60,000 bases of DNA. Origin: Lama glama. Its lineage: Eukaryota. Shown here piece after piece: positions 37,856 to 49,319 of the stretch. Every line of letters begins with the position of its first letter. Within the stretch, counting starts at the first letter, position 1. The DNA lies in NCBI GenBank assembly GCA_028534125.1, contig CM052816.1, positions 7,876,001-7,936,000 on the forward strand, written 5' to 3'. The notes beneath the pieces are model-generated. The model was given only the letters and a program-made list of their open reading frames with translations, was not told where the DNA came from and ran no database searches. The translations under genes were made by a program, and so were the position numbers.

Positions 37856-39249
37856 CCTGTGGAGGAGAGACTCCCCAGAATGGGCCAGGCTGCCTCCATT
37901 CCTCCCCAGACCTCCCAGTCCCTGGTCCACCCAGCCCCAGTCCTGAATAGCTTTGCCCCACCCTAAAGTCTCAGGCAAGGGCTGTCTGATTTGGAGAGAG
38001 GAAGCTGAGGTCCAGGGAGGGTGAGGGAGATGCAAGGTCACACAGATCTGCTTCCATGTTGCTAGGGTAGCACTCACTCATTCAGCTAGTTTCTGGGACA
38101 TTAGGGTTAGGGGAGGCGGGGGTCTCAGATGTTGTCATCCACTGACTTAGATAAGCTCTAATCAGAGGATGAAAGAAGCTGGAGGTTTAAGATAGCAGGT
38201 AAAGGGGTCTTGGGTGATTAGGCTGGTCTGCAAGGCTGGTCCTCCCCTCATGTCCCCAGACTCATGTCCTCTGAGGCTTGAGGGCACAGGCTGGTCCAAG
38301 GAAGCTGAGAGAACCATCGCGCCCATCCTCTCTCCCACATCCTTCAGCTAACTTACATCGTGCTCTTTTCTGCCTTCGCCCCTTCTCTCCCTCCTCCCCC
38401 ATTCTCCCATTGGCATCTCATGGCATGTCCAGGAACCTTGGAGGATATTACAAATCAAATGAGATCCAAAGTCCCAGAGAAGCCCTGCAGGTCCCGAGTC
38501 CACATTCCCTAACTTGCCCCCTTGCCCTCCTGACTGCCTATGCACTCCTGTGCCCCTCTGCTTTGCTTCTAGGTTTTCTACACTCCTTCTTTTAGAAAGA
38601 CAATCTATCTCCATCAGTACCCCCCACACCCACCCCGGGCCCCAGGTCGGCGGGCGCTGAGCTGGATAACCTGCAGTCCGACCGATATGCCTGACTCCCT
38701 CTGTCACTGGGAGCAAGTAGGTCTCCAACTCTGTGTCTCTGTGTCCCCTCTGTCACGTAAAGAGGTTAGGCTAGATCGTGGGGATCCATAGGTGGGCTTT
38801 AGGGCATCCACAGACCCCCTAAAATTGCATGCAAACATGAGCACGCTGGCATGCACTTGGGGTGAGGGTGAGACCATGAGATGGTTGAGAGCGCTCCAGC
38901 TGTGACCACTTAGCACTCACAGCCCCTGGATCTGTTTCTTAACAAATACTCTTCTTACAGAAATTCACAGACATTGGGAAAGATCCCTCATTTTACAAAC
39001 AGGTGCCCTGTCTACTGCCTAAAGATCTTGGAGTCCTGAGCAGAGCCATTTCCTGCCCCCAATCTCGAATCCTAGCCACCCCCTCCCCATTGAAGCCAGT
39101 GTAACCCAGAGCTTAGAATCCCTCCCCTCTCCACGGAGGATCCAGGCTTCCATGAGGCCTCACACTCCCTGGACGTCCCTATGCAGCTCTTCCTCTGCTC
39201 TGGAAATTGGCTCATCCCCTCTGCCCACTCCCCACAGCCCCTCGAGCTC

Positions 39250-39640
39250 CCCTAGGAGTACCTGACAGATGGAACCACAGTGGGCAAGAGGGAGTGTCAG
39301 ACCCTCAAGATTAACACCTCTGTTGGGAAGCTGAGAGTTGAGTGGTCGGTGTCGGTGCAGGCGGTCGGCGGGCAACAAGCAGGGTGTGCCTTGCAGCCAG
39401 CTCTGGCCTCAGCTGACGAGAATCGTCCCTGCCTTGTCGTGGCTTACAAGCCTTATTTCTGGCTGCAACAGGATCCAGGGACAGATGCTAAAAGCACCAG
39501 GCCCCAGGGAAGACAGGTGCCCCGGCAGCAAGCCCTTGCAGACAGAAGGCTTTGCACACGTATGTATAGCACACGTATACATGCACACAGCAAAGTCACC
39601 TGGAAATGCTGAGAGGAGGTCACCGGTCACCTGAGCTTGC
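39250..39640 (-). promoter_or_regulatory. MYOZ3: Candidate MYOZ3 promoter / non-coding first exon
   Basis: Unique, locally CpG-richer segment between the SYNPO poly(A) site and the first MYOZ3 coding exon. Several E-boxes (CAGCTG, CAGGTG, CACCTG) and a possible donor cag|gtactc near 39260. Position is inferred, not demonstrated. Confidence 0.35.
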
Positions 39641-39719
39641 TAGTTGTGTCCTTAGGGCCCCAAGCAGGGCTGTTCCTGCTAGGAGCTCAACAGATAGTTG
39701 TTGAATGAATGAATGAATG

Positions 39720-40700
39720 AGTGGATGGATGAAGAATGAATTGTCCTCCAATATCTTTGCTTGTCTTGTTCATTCCTCCTTTCCTTTCTTCTTTCCTGCC
39801 TTCATTCCCTCCTTCTGCTTCCTCCCTCCTTCCTTCCTTCTTCCCTCCCTCCTTCTTCCTTCTCACATTCTCTGAGCCTCTCTCTGTGGACTGAAAATAA
39901 ATAAGGCAGGGCTCTGTCCTCAAGGAGTTCAGCCAGGCCCATGTCAGACCCGTAAACAGCCTTTGCGACGCATCATGGGAAATGCTCTGGGAGGGCCCAG
40001 GGGAGGGAGCCACCTGCTCAGCCCTGGGGGTGGGGAAGGCCTCTTAGAGGAAGAGACATTTGAGCTGGGCCTTGAAGGCTGAGTGGGAGTTCATGGGGCA
40101 CGGGTATCTCAGGCCAAGGCCAAGTCCCGTGTAAGGATGTTAGGGGTCAGGGAGTAGAGCTAGAACTGGGGGCTGGGGTGGTGCTGAGAGATGAGGCCAG
40201 ACAGGTGGACAGGGGCCAGATCACAGCAGGCTTTTCAAAAGTAAAGTGTATTTTAAAAAGGGCTGTTGGAGTTTAAAGCGCCGAAATGGAGCAGTCAGGC
40301 TGGCATTTTCCAAAGATATCTCTGGCTGCCCTGTGGAAAGTGGGTTGGCAGGAGCTAGACGGCAGGCAAGAGGATGTCACTGTGGTCAGGTGAGAGATGG
40401 GGTGGCTGGACTGGGGCAGTGACAGAGGGCATGTGGAGGAGGAGAGGCTTGAGAGGTATTTGGGGGAGAGACAGGATGTGGGAGGTGAGGAAAGGGCCAC
40501 TCCCATTTCTGGCTTGGATGACAAAGGAAAATAACAGTGGGGGTTTGGGGAGGCAGACTGGGGTGGGGGCAGATGCTGAGTTCAGTGCGGGATGAACTTG
40601 GTTTGAGGTGTCTGGGCACCAGCATCACCAGTAGGTAGGAGGATACTGTGCTCAGGAGAGATGTCTGCTGAAGATAAAGATTGGGTCAGAGGTATACTAA
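39720..40700 (-). mobile_element. Antisense L2 fragments
   Basis: aataaggcagggctctgtcctcaaggagttcag, gacatttgagctgggccttgaaggctgag, gatgctgagttcagtgcgggatgaacttggtttgaggtgtctg. Confidence 0.6.
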
Positions 40701-41472
40701 CCACTCCCGGGTAAGGGTCGGACCAGCAGGGACGTGCTGGGTCCAGGGCAGGGGCTGTACCAGTGTGCCAGGCAGACCATGCAAGGGCGTATTTCTGACG
40801 TCCTCTTAAGAAGAAGCCTGGACTCTGTTGTGGACCACCTGAACTCGGCTTCCTCAAAGTCCTTTACCCAGCCTCTGCTGGGCCTGAGCTTTTGGAGGGG
40901 AAGGTGAAGGATGTCCCCAGGACAGCCTTGCCGTCACGGGGGGTGGGGCCACAATCCCCTTCTCTGGGCAAAGGACACCCCCATCAGGAAGGGGCCACTC
41001 CTGATGGTCTGGGTTCTGAGCTCATCAGAGTTGCCTGGACTGTGACGTTACCTCCCAAAGGGGCTCCTCTTCCTGCCTGAAACCCCGACCTGCCGCCAGG
41101 AAGCAGCGCCAGAGCAGCCCCTGATGCAGCTTGGACCTGGCCACTTCAGGGACAGTGCCCTGGGGCCAAGGCCTGGGAAATACCACCTTGAGACATCATG
41201 CCGCCCAGCTCATTCATTACACAGATAGGAAAGCTGAGGCCCGGAGGAGTGGGTTTACCCAGGGTCACCCAGCTAGTAGATGACCGGACCAGAACTTCAA
41301 CCCAGGGACTTCTATGGCCGGGTGTTTTCGTTGTTCCCCATCTCTCCTCATGATTGCTACTTCCCAAGCTCCCAGCCACCCAGCGTCCCATGGATCTTCC
41401 ATGGTTGGGGAAAGGGGCAGGGCTTTAGACATAGCTGAAAATGACACGGGAGGCAGAAGGACGCAGGAAGCA

Positions 41473-41478
41473 TTTATT
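41473..41478 (-). terminator. SYNPO: SYNPO (long isoform) poly(A) signal
   Basis: TTTATT on + (AATAAA on -), about 2.06 kb after the stop, with downstream GT-rich sequence on the - strand. Confidence 0.75.
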
Positions 41479-43536
41479 AAAGGCCAGAGCTGAATTCTAC
41501 AGGAGGCAAGAGGCAGGGCACAGGCAGTCTCTAGTGGATTAGAGGAAAGGACTGAGGAGAAAGGCAGTGATGGAGAACAGCCAGATAGAACTTGAGCTTC
41601 CCAAGGCTGCCTCCTGTTGGCTCTTTGAGGAAAATGCAGGTATAAGTGGATTTTCTATGCCACTGTTTCAACCAGTGGCCTGATAGTATCTTTTCTCTGA
41701 AAGAAGCCCTTAGCCCCAGCCTCCCATGCTACAAGGGTCCCTACAGCAAGTGGGGACTTCAGTAAATGTGATCACTCATCATTGACCAAGCTGGAGCACT
41801 TTCTTATCTTCTTACCAACAGGGCCTGTGTTCCCCATCTTTAGGCCCTAGGAATCCTCCAGGATCAGCCCTTTATTCCAAAACATCCACCCACCCCACCC
41901 CTGAGTCTCTCCCATCCTGACCTCAGCTTGCCCTAGCCTCCCTTAGGGGTTCCAGGTTTGCTATCACCCTGGTGTGTGGGTAAGTCTACCCCTAACCTCA
42001 GATCACACTCTGTCCCTCACCTTTGGCAACATCCTGGTATCCTTTCACCTATAAACAAACTTTTGATCGTCAGCCAATTCCAACCCCCCACCCACACCCC
42101 GACACTTAGTATCCTGAAGCTGATATTCTGAACCTCTAGAGGGCACCACCAGCCAACTCTGGGAACTGTAGGACTAAGGCACATGCCTACCTGCATCCCT
42201 CCTGGGGATTGGAGTCAGAGTCACTATGGCTTAAGGGACAGGCCAGGGGCTGCATCCAGGCTCCCCAAGGTCACTGGGCACCAGGCACTGGCTAGGCTAG
42301 ATGGGAAAGAGATGAGGCAGAACAGTGCCCACTCATCTGGGCAGGATATGGATGCTGGAGCCTGCAACTGAAGAGTGGGCTACTTCCTAAGAAACCAGAA
42401 ACACAGGCCAGCCCACCCACGCAAGCTCATCTGCCCAGCCAGTCCTCTAGCACTACTCTCCCTCACTTCCTAATACCATGGATTGCATTTCAGGATGGGA
42501 AGAGCCCTCAGAGGTCATCTGAGCCAATCCATTCCCTACTAGAATCTCCTCTATGCATCCTGGCCACTGCTTGCATACCTCCCATAACCAGGAACTCTTT
42601 GCCTTCCTGCTTCCAAATGGGCAACCTCAAACTCAGGAACATCGGGTAAAGCCAGAGGGTAGCATTTAGCTCCATATTAACTCTTCTCTCCCCAGCTAAA
42701 CTTTGAGCCAAGCCTGCCGTGAAAGGGCCCAGAAGAGACAGATGGGTTGGAGGACCCTGTAGAATTCCTGGAGGCCCAAGTCCTGCATATGGGGGAAATC
42801 GTTGCCTTACAGCTTTCTTCTCTGGCTGCAGAAAAGATGCCCGGGGCAGTCTGAGCTGGGGTGTAGAAAAGCATGAGAGGGATCTGAGAAGAGGAATCTT
42901 CCCGCCTCTTTTTCTCAGAGAGGACAGCAGGGCACCTTGAGCTGGCCCGGGAGACCCTCTCTAAAGGTCACCATGGTAAAAATAGAGCTTGTCTGGGAAG
43001 GGATGGAAAACAGCTGCTCTTGCCTGGGACTTGGTGCCAGGGAGGCGGATGGTCAAGCCAGGGCCTGGACAGGGAATTTAGGCATAGGATCTTCTGAACA
43101 CACCCCTCATTTGCCAGACTCCAGAGACAGGAGCAGGGCAGGGAGGGAGGGATATAGAATCTTTCAATGCAGCAAGTCTGGGGGTCCATATGTACAACAC
43201 CCTACCTCTTCCAAGGCATTTATGTGCGTGTATTGATGGAAGGGGGAATTTAGACCTCTGGAGATTGCCTTGGCCAAAACTCCATTAAACAGATGGGAAA
43301 GCTGAGGGGCAGTAGAGGAAGGGTCTTTCCCACAGTGACTTGAGCAAGGGCTATAACTCAAGCTTGGATCACTACCCTAACCACAAGCCCAGAGCTTTCA
43401 TCCTCTGACCCCTTATCTCTGGGTCTATCAAAGAGGCCAGACCCCGTGGGGATGCGGTGCTGGGATCTTGCAAGTCCTGATTCTTCTTTCCGCCTGGCCC
43501 TCCCTGGGCAGGGATGCGGCGGGGGCAGGGACGGCT

Positions 43537-44226
43537 TTAGGTGGTGCAGGAGGCCTCGGTGGGGAGGCTGCCACGCTTGAGCCTCAGGCTGCCATTCCAC
43601 CCGCGGGGACAGATGTTGTAGCCGAGGATGCCGGGCGACTTAGCCCCGGAGTCCTCGGAATCAAGGGACACGTCGGAGTCCGTGGGCGAGCGGCGGTAGG
43701 GGAATGGCTTGGGCGGCACGGGCAGCGGGCTCTGGGGACTGGTGCAGAGCGAGGGCCCGGTGGGCAGTGGGCTCCGCGGGATGGGAGCGAATGTGGCCCC
43801 GGGCACCGCGGCCGAACCGGGGCGGGCGGGCTGCGGCGAGCGCATGCGCGGCGGCGGCGGCGGTGGCGGCGGCGGCGGCGGCGGAGGCGCCCTAGGCGGG
43901 GAGAACGGGCGCAGGCTCTCGGCGCCCGCCGGCCGCGGGGAGGCGCTCTTGCGCCGGGCCGCATTGATGATGTTTCGCGCCAGGAGCGCCTGCAGCTGGC
44001 GGCTGGGGGGCCGCGCCTCTGTCTCAGGTCGCAGCGGGGATACTGAGCGCTCGCTCCACGACGGGGACATGGGGGGCGGCGGTGGCGGCAGCGGCGGGGG
44101 GCTGCTCATGCTGCTCCCACGGCCCGGCTCCCACGGCCCCGGGCTCACCCAGCCATCCAGGCTGCTGGGGGGCCGGGATGTGCCCGGCGTCCAGGGCGGG
44201 GAGGTGGGTAGGCTCTCCCGGCGGTC
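43537..44226 (-). CDS. SYNPO: Synaptopodin long-isoform terminal exon
   Basis: ccag| DRRESLPTSPPWTPGTSRPPSSLDGWVSPGPWEPGRG...RQLQALLARNIINAARRKS...GYNICPRGWNGSLRLKRGSLPTEASCTT-TAA. 690 nt, phase 0, matching the donor at 49350. CpG-island-like. Confidence 0.95.
   Translation of the reverse strand, partial: DRRESLPTSPPWTPGTSRPPSSLDGWVSPGPWEPGRGSSMSSPPPLPPPPPPMSPSWSERSVSPLRPETEARPPSRQLQALLARNIINAARRKSASPRPAGAESLRPFSPPRAPPPPPPPPPPPPPRMRSPQPARPGSAAVPGATFAPIPRSPLPTGPSLCTSPQSPLPVPPKPFPYRRSPTDSDVSLDSEDSGAKSPGILGYNICPRGWNGSLRLKRGSLPTEASCTT
43849..43887. repeat. SYNPO: Coding (CGG)n repeat encoding poly-Pro13
   Basis: (CGG)5 TGG (CGG)6 AGG on +. Confidence 0.9.
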
Positions 44227-46307
44227 CTGGGGAGAGAGCAGAGAGGGTGGGGGCAGGCGTTAGTGCTGGGCTCCTCTGTACTGGGCTTTCAGAAGGGACC
44301 TACTCTGTTGTGTCCATTGTGCAGAATCGAGAAGCCAGCGACCACAGTCAGGTAGTGCCTGCAGTGAAACGCAGGTGCCCCAACTCTCAGCCCAGATGCT
44401 GGGAAGAGCCCACGCTGCCTGTCCCTGGGCTTCACGGGGAGGGGTTGACTAGCGATTAAGAACGCTCGCTTTGGAGATAAACCACTTTGCTTACTAAATG
44501 AACTCGGGCAAGTTGCTTCAGCTACAGAAGCAACTCAAAGCCCCTGGGCTTTAGTTTCCTCCTCTGTGAAATGGGAGTATAGCATCAGCACATACCCTAC
44601 AGGACTGTTGTGAGGAGTAAATGAGATAACTCATGTAAAGCAGTATCACTGTATCAGAAGATTCCCTGGAAGAGGGTAAGGTGCAACAGATGTTAGTTAT
44701 GGTAAAGGCATACTGGAAGGATACATGTGAAACCAACCAGAGTGGTTCCCTATTAGGAAACTGGGTGAACAGGGCAGGGTACACAGCCACAGGGGTAGGA
44801 ATAAAGCTGTTAAGGTATTACTTTTTAAATAAGTTTAAGGTTTTGAACTATATGGCTATATTATCTATTCAAAAAATTAAAACCAAAAATACTGGTCATT
44901 GTTACTAAGGTTGGACTTGAGGAAAGGCCCTCTCAGTCCCAGTCCCCTGCTGGGTTGCCATGGTCACCTCCTAATTGTTCCTTGGATACCTTGAACAGGG
45001 AGGAAGTTCCCACTGACAGATGGAAACATAAAGGGATGCTGGGTGGTTCCTCCCTAGGCAGCACAACCCCCTCAGTGGACTTCTTGCCAGCATGAGGTGA
45101 GGAGTGTGGACTGGGTGAGGCCAAGCTGGTGAACTTTGAGGTTATAAAGCACTGCTCTGCTATACACTACCTTTCCTGCGTCCTACCTCCTTAGGGACTT
45201 TCCAGCCTACAAAGTTCATTCTCATCCTTACTCTCTCACTAGCTCCTCACAGCAACCTGGTGAGGTAGCCTGCATTCTCACACTCATTTTACAATGATGA
45301 AAATGAAGTTCAGAGGTGTAAATAACTATCCGGTGCGTTCTGCCCCACCGGGATGTGTGTTTGTGTGAGAGAGACTATCTGCTGCTCATAGGCAGGGACA
45401 CCAGGCTTAAACAGCTTGACTGGCTTGAAAGTACAAGGCTTGGAGATCCATGCCCAGCATGTATCTGCTAAACCATCCAGTTGTTCAGCCAATCAGATTC
45501 CAGCAATAAGCCGGTTCACTCAGTCTTCAATCCAAATTCACCAGCAGTCATCCCTCAGAGTCCATTCAGTGTCTCCTACCCAATCAAAATCTAGAACCAT
45601 TCATAAGCTCCATTCTCTCATCCAATCAGTAACCAGCCACAGCCAAGCCAGTTGTCCAATCAGAATCGTCTCATCCAATCAGACTCTAATTTCTCCCAAT
45701 CAAAAAGAAGCAACAAAATATATGTCTTCTCCAAACAATGCAGCAGCTATTAGATGATAACAGACTCAGAAACAGAGCCCTTTAACCTAAAGAGGAATGT
45801 GGTGTGAATGTGTGAACAGGAGATTTTTCACGAGATGGTAATGTTAGGGATCTCCTGGGGACATCCAAGGCCCCAGTCATCAAGTAGGAAAGTTAAAGCT
45901 CAGCATGGGCTCTACCCTCCTTTACACCCAGGGTCAGAGTTGTCATACATGAGCCAGAGACACTGGGAGCTGCTGTCCCTGAGACACCTCAGGGATCTTT
46001 CAGTCAGTCTGTCTGTGGGAAGTGGAGCCAAGAGTTTATGATCCAAGCCCATCAGCGAGCACTGAGGCAGAGGAACCAGGGCTTTCAGTCAGGGGAAGAG
46101 CAGACTGGGGCAGGAGGAGCTATGATAACTGTCTGAAATCTCTAAAGGCTGTCTCTGCCTTTAGTAGCCACAAGGGGAAGGCTAGGCCAGCAAGTGGAAG
46201 GAATTTACTTCTCAGAACCCTAGGCTGGAATGGTAGGGGCAGTGGCGAGCAGCTCCTCATCCTTTGGAGCTGGGCCAGGGCCTGACCTCATCAGATCCAC
46301 CATGTCT

Positions 46308-46315
46308 GGGTACTG

Positions 46316-46355
<40 letters not shown>

Positions 46356-46358
46356 CTG

Positions 46359-46392
<34 letters not shown>
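46308..46392. repeat. Duplicated gggtactgac-(TG)n compound microsatellite
   Basis: Two units, each GGGTACTGAC followed by about 16 TG. Confidence 0.92.
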
Positions 46393-46394
<2 letters not shown>

Positions 46395-49319
46395 GGCGGC
46401 TGGGTGCATAATACCAAAAGGCTGCAGGGAATCAGAACTATTCACTTTCTGTCAACGACCTTAATGCACTGTACACACCAGAACTCCTTGGAAATGCACG
46501 TGGGTGAAAATTCAGAAAGGAGCACCCACTTAACCCAGCCCCAGCCCCAAAGCAGGGCATGTGTGTGGGGTGAGGGTATGAGCAGAACAGAGTCAGACAG
46601 GAACTATCAGAGTGCACAGAGAGCTAGCTCCCAGACAGCCTCTGTAATCCTCCCATTGCATGGAAGGGGAAACTGAGGCCCAGAGGTGGAAAGGGTTGTC
46701 TAAGGTCATACAAGGAGTCAGGTGCAGATCTGGGACTAGAACCCATTTTTCTGACTCTTGATGGCAGTTTGTTCTTCTCCACCAGGGGCAGAAACTCTGT
46801 TTTCAGGAGCCAGGTGGTGATGACTGTGGGAAGTGGCCAGATTTAGATAATAGGGGTGGAGGGTTGCGGGGGGGCAGTGACCTGAGGAAACTGGAAAGAG
46901 TATATGCTCTGGCTAAAGGCACTTAAATTCTACTCTTAAGGAATTAAAATAAAGCTGGGCCTTAAGGGGCATGGGTTTTCCCCATGCTCTACAGACTTTT
47001 TGGCTAAACTTTGAAGGAAAACAGAAGAATGCAATTTCCACAGGATCTTGGTTCCTCAGTGCTGACCCGGGGAGGGAAGAGGGCAGCCCTCACTTCCAAG
47101 CCAGCACACAGCTGTACCCTTGGCAGATCCAGACACTCAGCAGATGCAGGCAGCACGCGGAGATGTACCACAGGCTCACACGCAGTAACTGAGCAGCCCC
47201 CACCCCACCCACTTCCCAGGCCAGAATCAGGGAGGAGGGAGAGGGCCCTGACCACCAGCCAGCGAACGCGGAAGAAAGAAAGAAGCAAGACAGATTTGAG
47301 GCAGAATGTATTGAGAACAGGAGAGAAAACAAAGTTGAGGGAAGAGCTTGGCCAGCCTGGCCGCAGGAGCTGCAGGATGAAGGGTGGGCTCTTCCATTGC
47401 TGGCCCTCAGGGGTCGAAGGGAGCAGGGGTCCGGAACAGGGGCTTCACTCTGTCCTGGGAGGGGCCTGGCATGAAGGAGCTGAGCTCACTCATGACTCCC
47501 CCACGCATGCCCCCATGTTCTGGGCAGAATGAACTCACTGGGAAGGCACCCCTGTTCCCATGGAGACGAGCTGAGAGCTCACGAAAACTGCAGGCTCAGC
47601 CCAGCATGGGCACCGCCTCCACCACCCCTCGCCTCGTCGGGGAGCCCAGAAATAGGGCTGGGAAAGGGAAAGTGGGTGGTGCTCGGCCCCCGGTCTTGGG
47701 AAGCTTCCATCTGAATTCTGCCTCTTGCGTCTATATTCTCTCATCCCCCCACAAAGCCTGGTTTTGGTGGAGGGGGCTGCAGCACATCAAAGGTTCAGAG
47801 GTGGTGAGGATCTCAGACTACCTGACTCAAAACCCTCACAGCGTGAATAGGGAAACTGAGACCCAAGGATACACATGGAGACCATGTTTTAGAATCTAGA
47901 TCTCATAAGTCCCAGCCTTTCCCTCAAAACCATAAGGTCTCCTAGGTCCCGTCCCTAGCTGCTGTGCTCCCACCCAGCCCTTGCTGTGCTCCCACCGTCT
48001 CCAGGCAGTCCTGAGCCTGAGCCATCCCAACCTAAACTTCTGATCCCGGGCCTCCTGCAGCAGCTCATTCCAGCCACACCCTCCCCAGGATACCCTTGCA
48101 GACATCTTCTCCCCATCTGTCCTACAGCAACTAGGACCGTTCCTTCCCCTCTCTTCCCGGGGGGGCTGTCTTACCACTTACAAGGCCTTTCTCCCAAAGC
48201 ACCAGCCTATCCTCTCAATTCTCACAGATTCTCACAGCTACGAGGGCCCCCATTGAGAAAATAGGCCCAGAAAGGGAAAGTGACTTGGCCAAAGTCACAC
48301 AGCAAGTGGGAGGCTGAGATGGGACCAGAGTCTGCCTCTCCCGCCTCTCCCCCTGTGGCCTCTACTACTGCACGGAAATGGCTGCTTTCAGTCGTGTAGA
48401 TCTTGGCTGAGGTTAAGCCAAAACAGCCAATGGATACATCACTAGCGGCTCTCTTCAAGCTGCACACCCACCACTGCACATCCTTTTACAGGGCTCTCTC
48501 TCAGGGATCCCCTGGGCCTCCCACACCCCAGAACAGTGAGGGCAAGCCAGGTGGAATCAGGACTGAGGTCTGGGATAAACTGCATTAGCTGTCTAGAAAG
48601 CGGAGCCAGATGTTTGGAGAGGGCACAGAGGCAGCTGAGCAGAGGGGCAGGAAGAAAAGCATCAGACAGCAGTGGTGGGCTAAGTCCTCATCCAGCAGAA
48701 CCCAGGAGAGAAGAAAATATGAAGGCCAAGGCAAAGGTCTCTGAAGCAGCAGAAAAGAAACAGTGTCCAGAAGGCAGAGGTGGAAGAGAGACCTGTGGAG
48801 GTGAGAATCCAGCAACAGGCAGAAAGATGCCAGAGCTGGGGCCACAATGAGGGCAGGCCCACCGGGGCGGCTGAGGAGGCAGGCCCTTGGCTGGCTGGTT
48901 CCACAGGCACGGGCAGGCTCTGTTTGTTCCAGAAGCCCCTGTTAGTTCCCCTGTAGGCCTTTACCCAGCAAGACGCTGGCATCCCTACTGCTCACAAAGG
49001 CCAAGGGAAGTCCCCCAGCCTCGTTAGGGCCTTCCAAGGGAGCTTTCTCTCAGGGACCCTCCTCCCCACCCAGCAGCAGGCTTCAGATCCTTCAGACATG
49101 GAGCCCAGCCACCTGTGGTAGGGAAGGGGCAGCTGCAGCTCCGAGAGGAGAGGTGGCCTGCCCAAGATCACAAAGCTAGCCACTGGCAGCATCAGCCCTT
49201 GAGCCCTGAGTCCACATACTCCTGACTGTCAGCCCTGTGCCACCTCCTGCCATATCAGCTCTCCATCCAGCCCTCTGAGAGGGGGGCCCTGACAGGCAGC
49301 GGGATCCCCGTGGGGTCCG

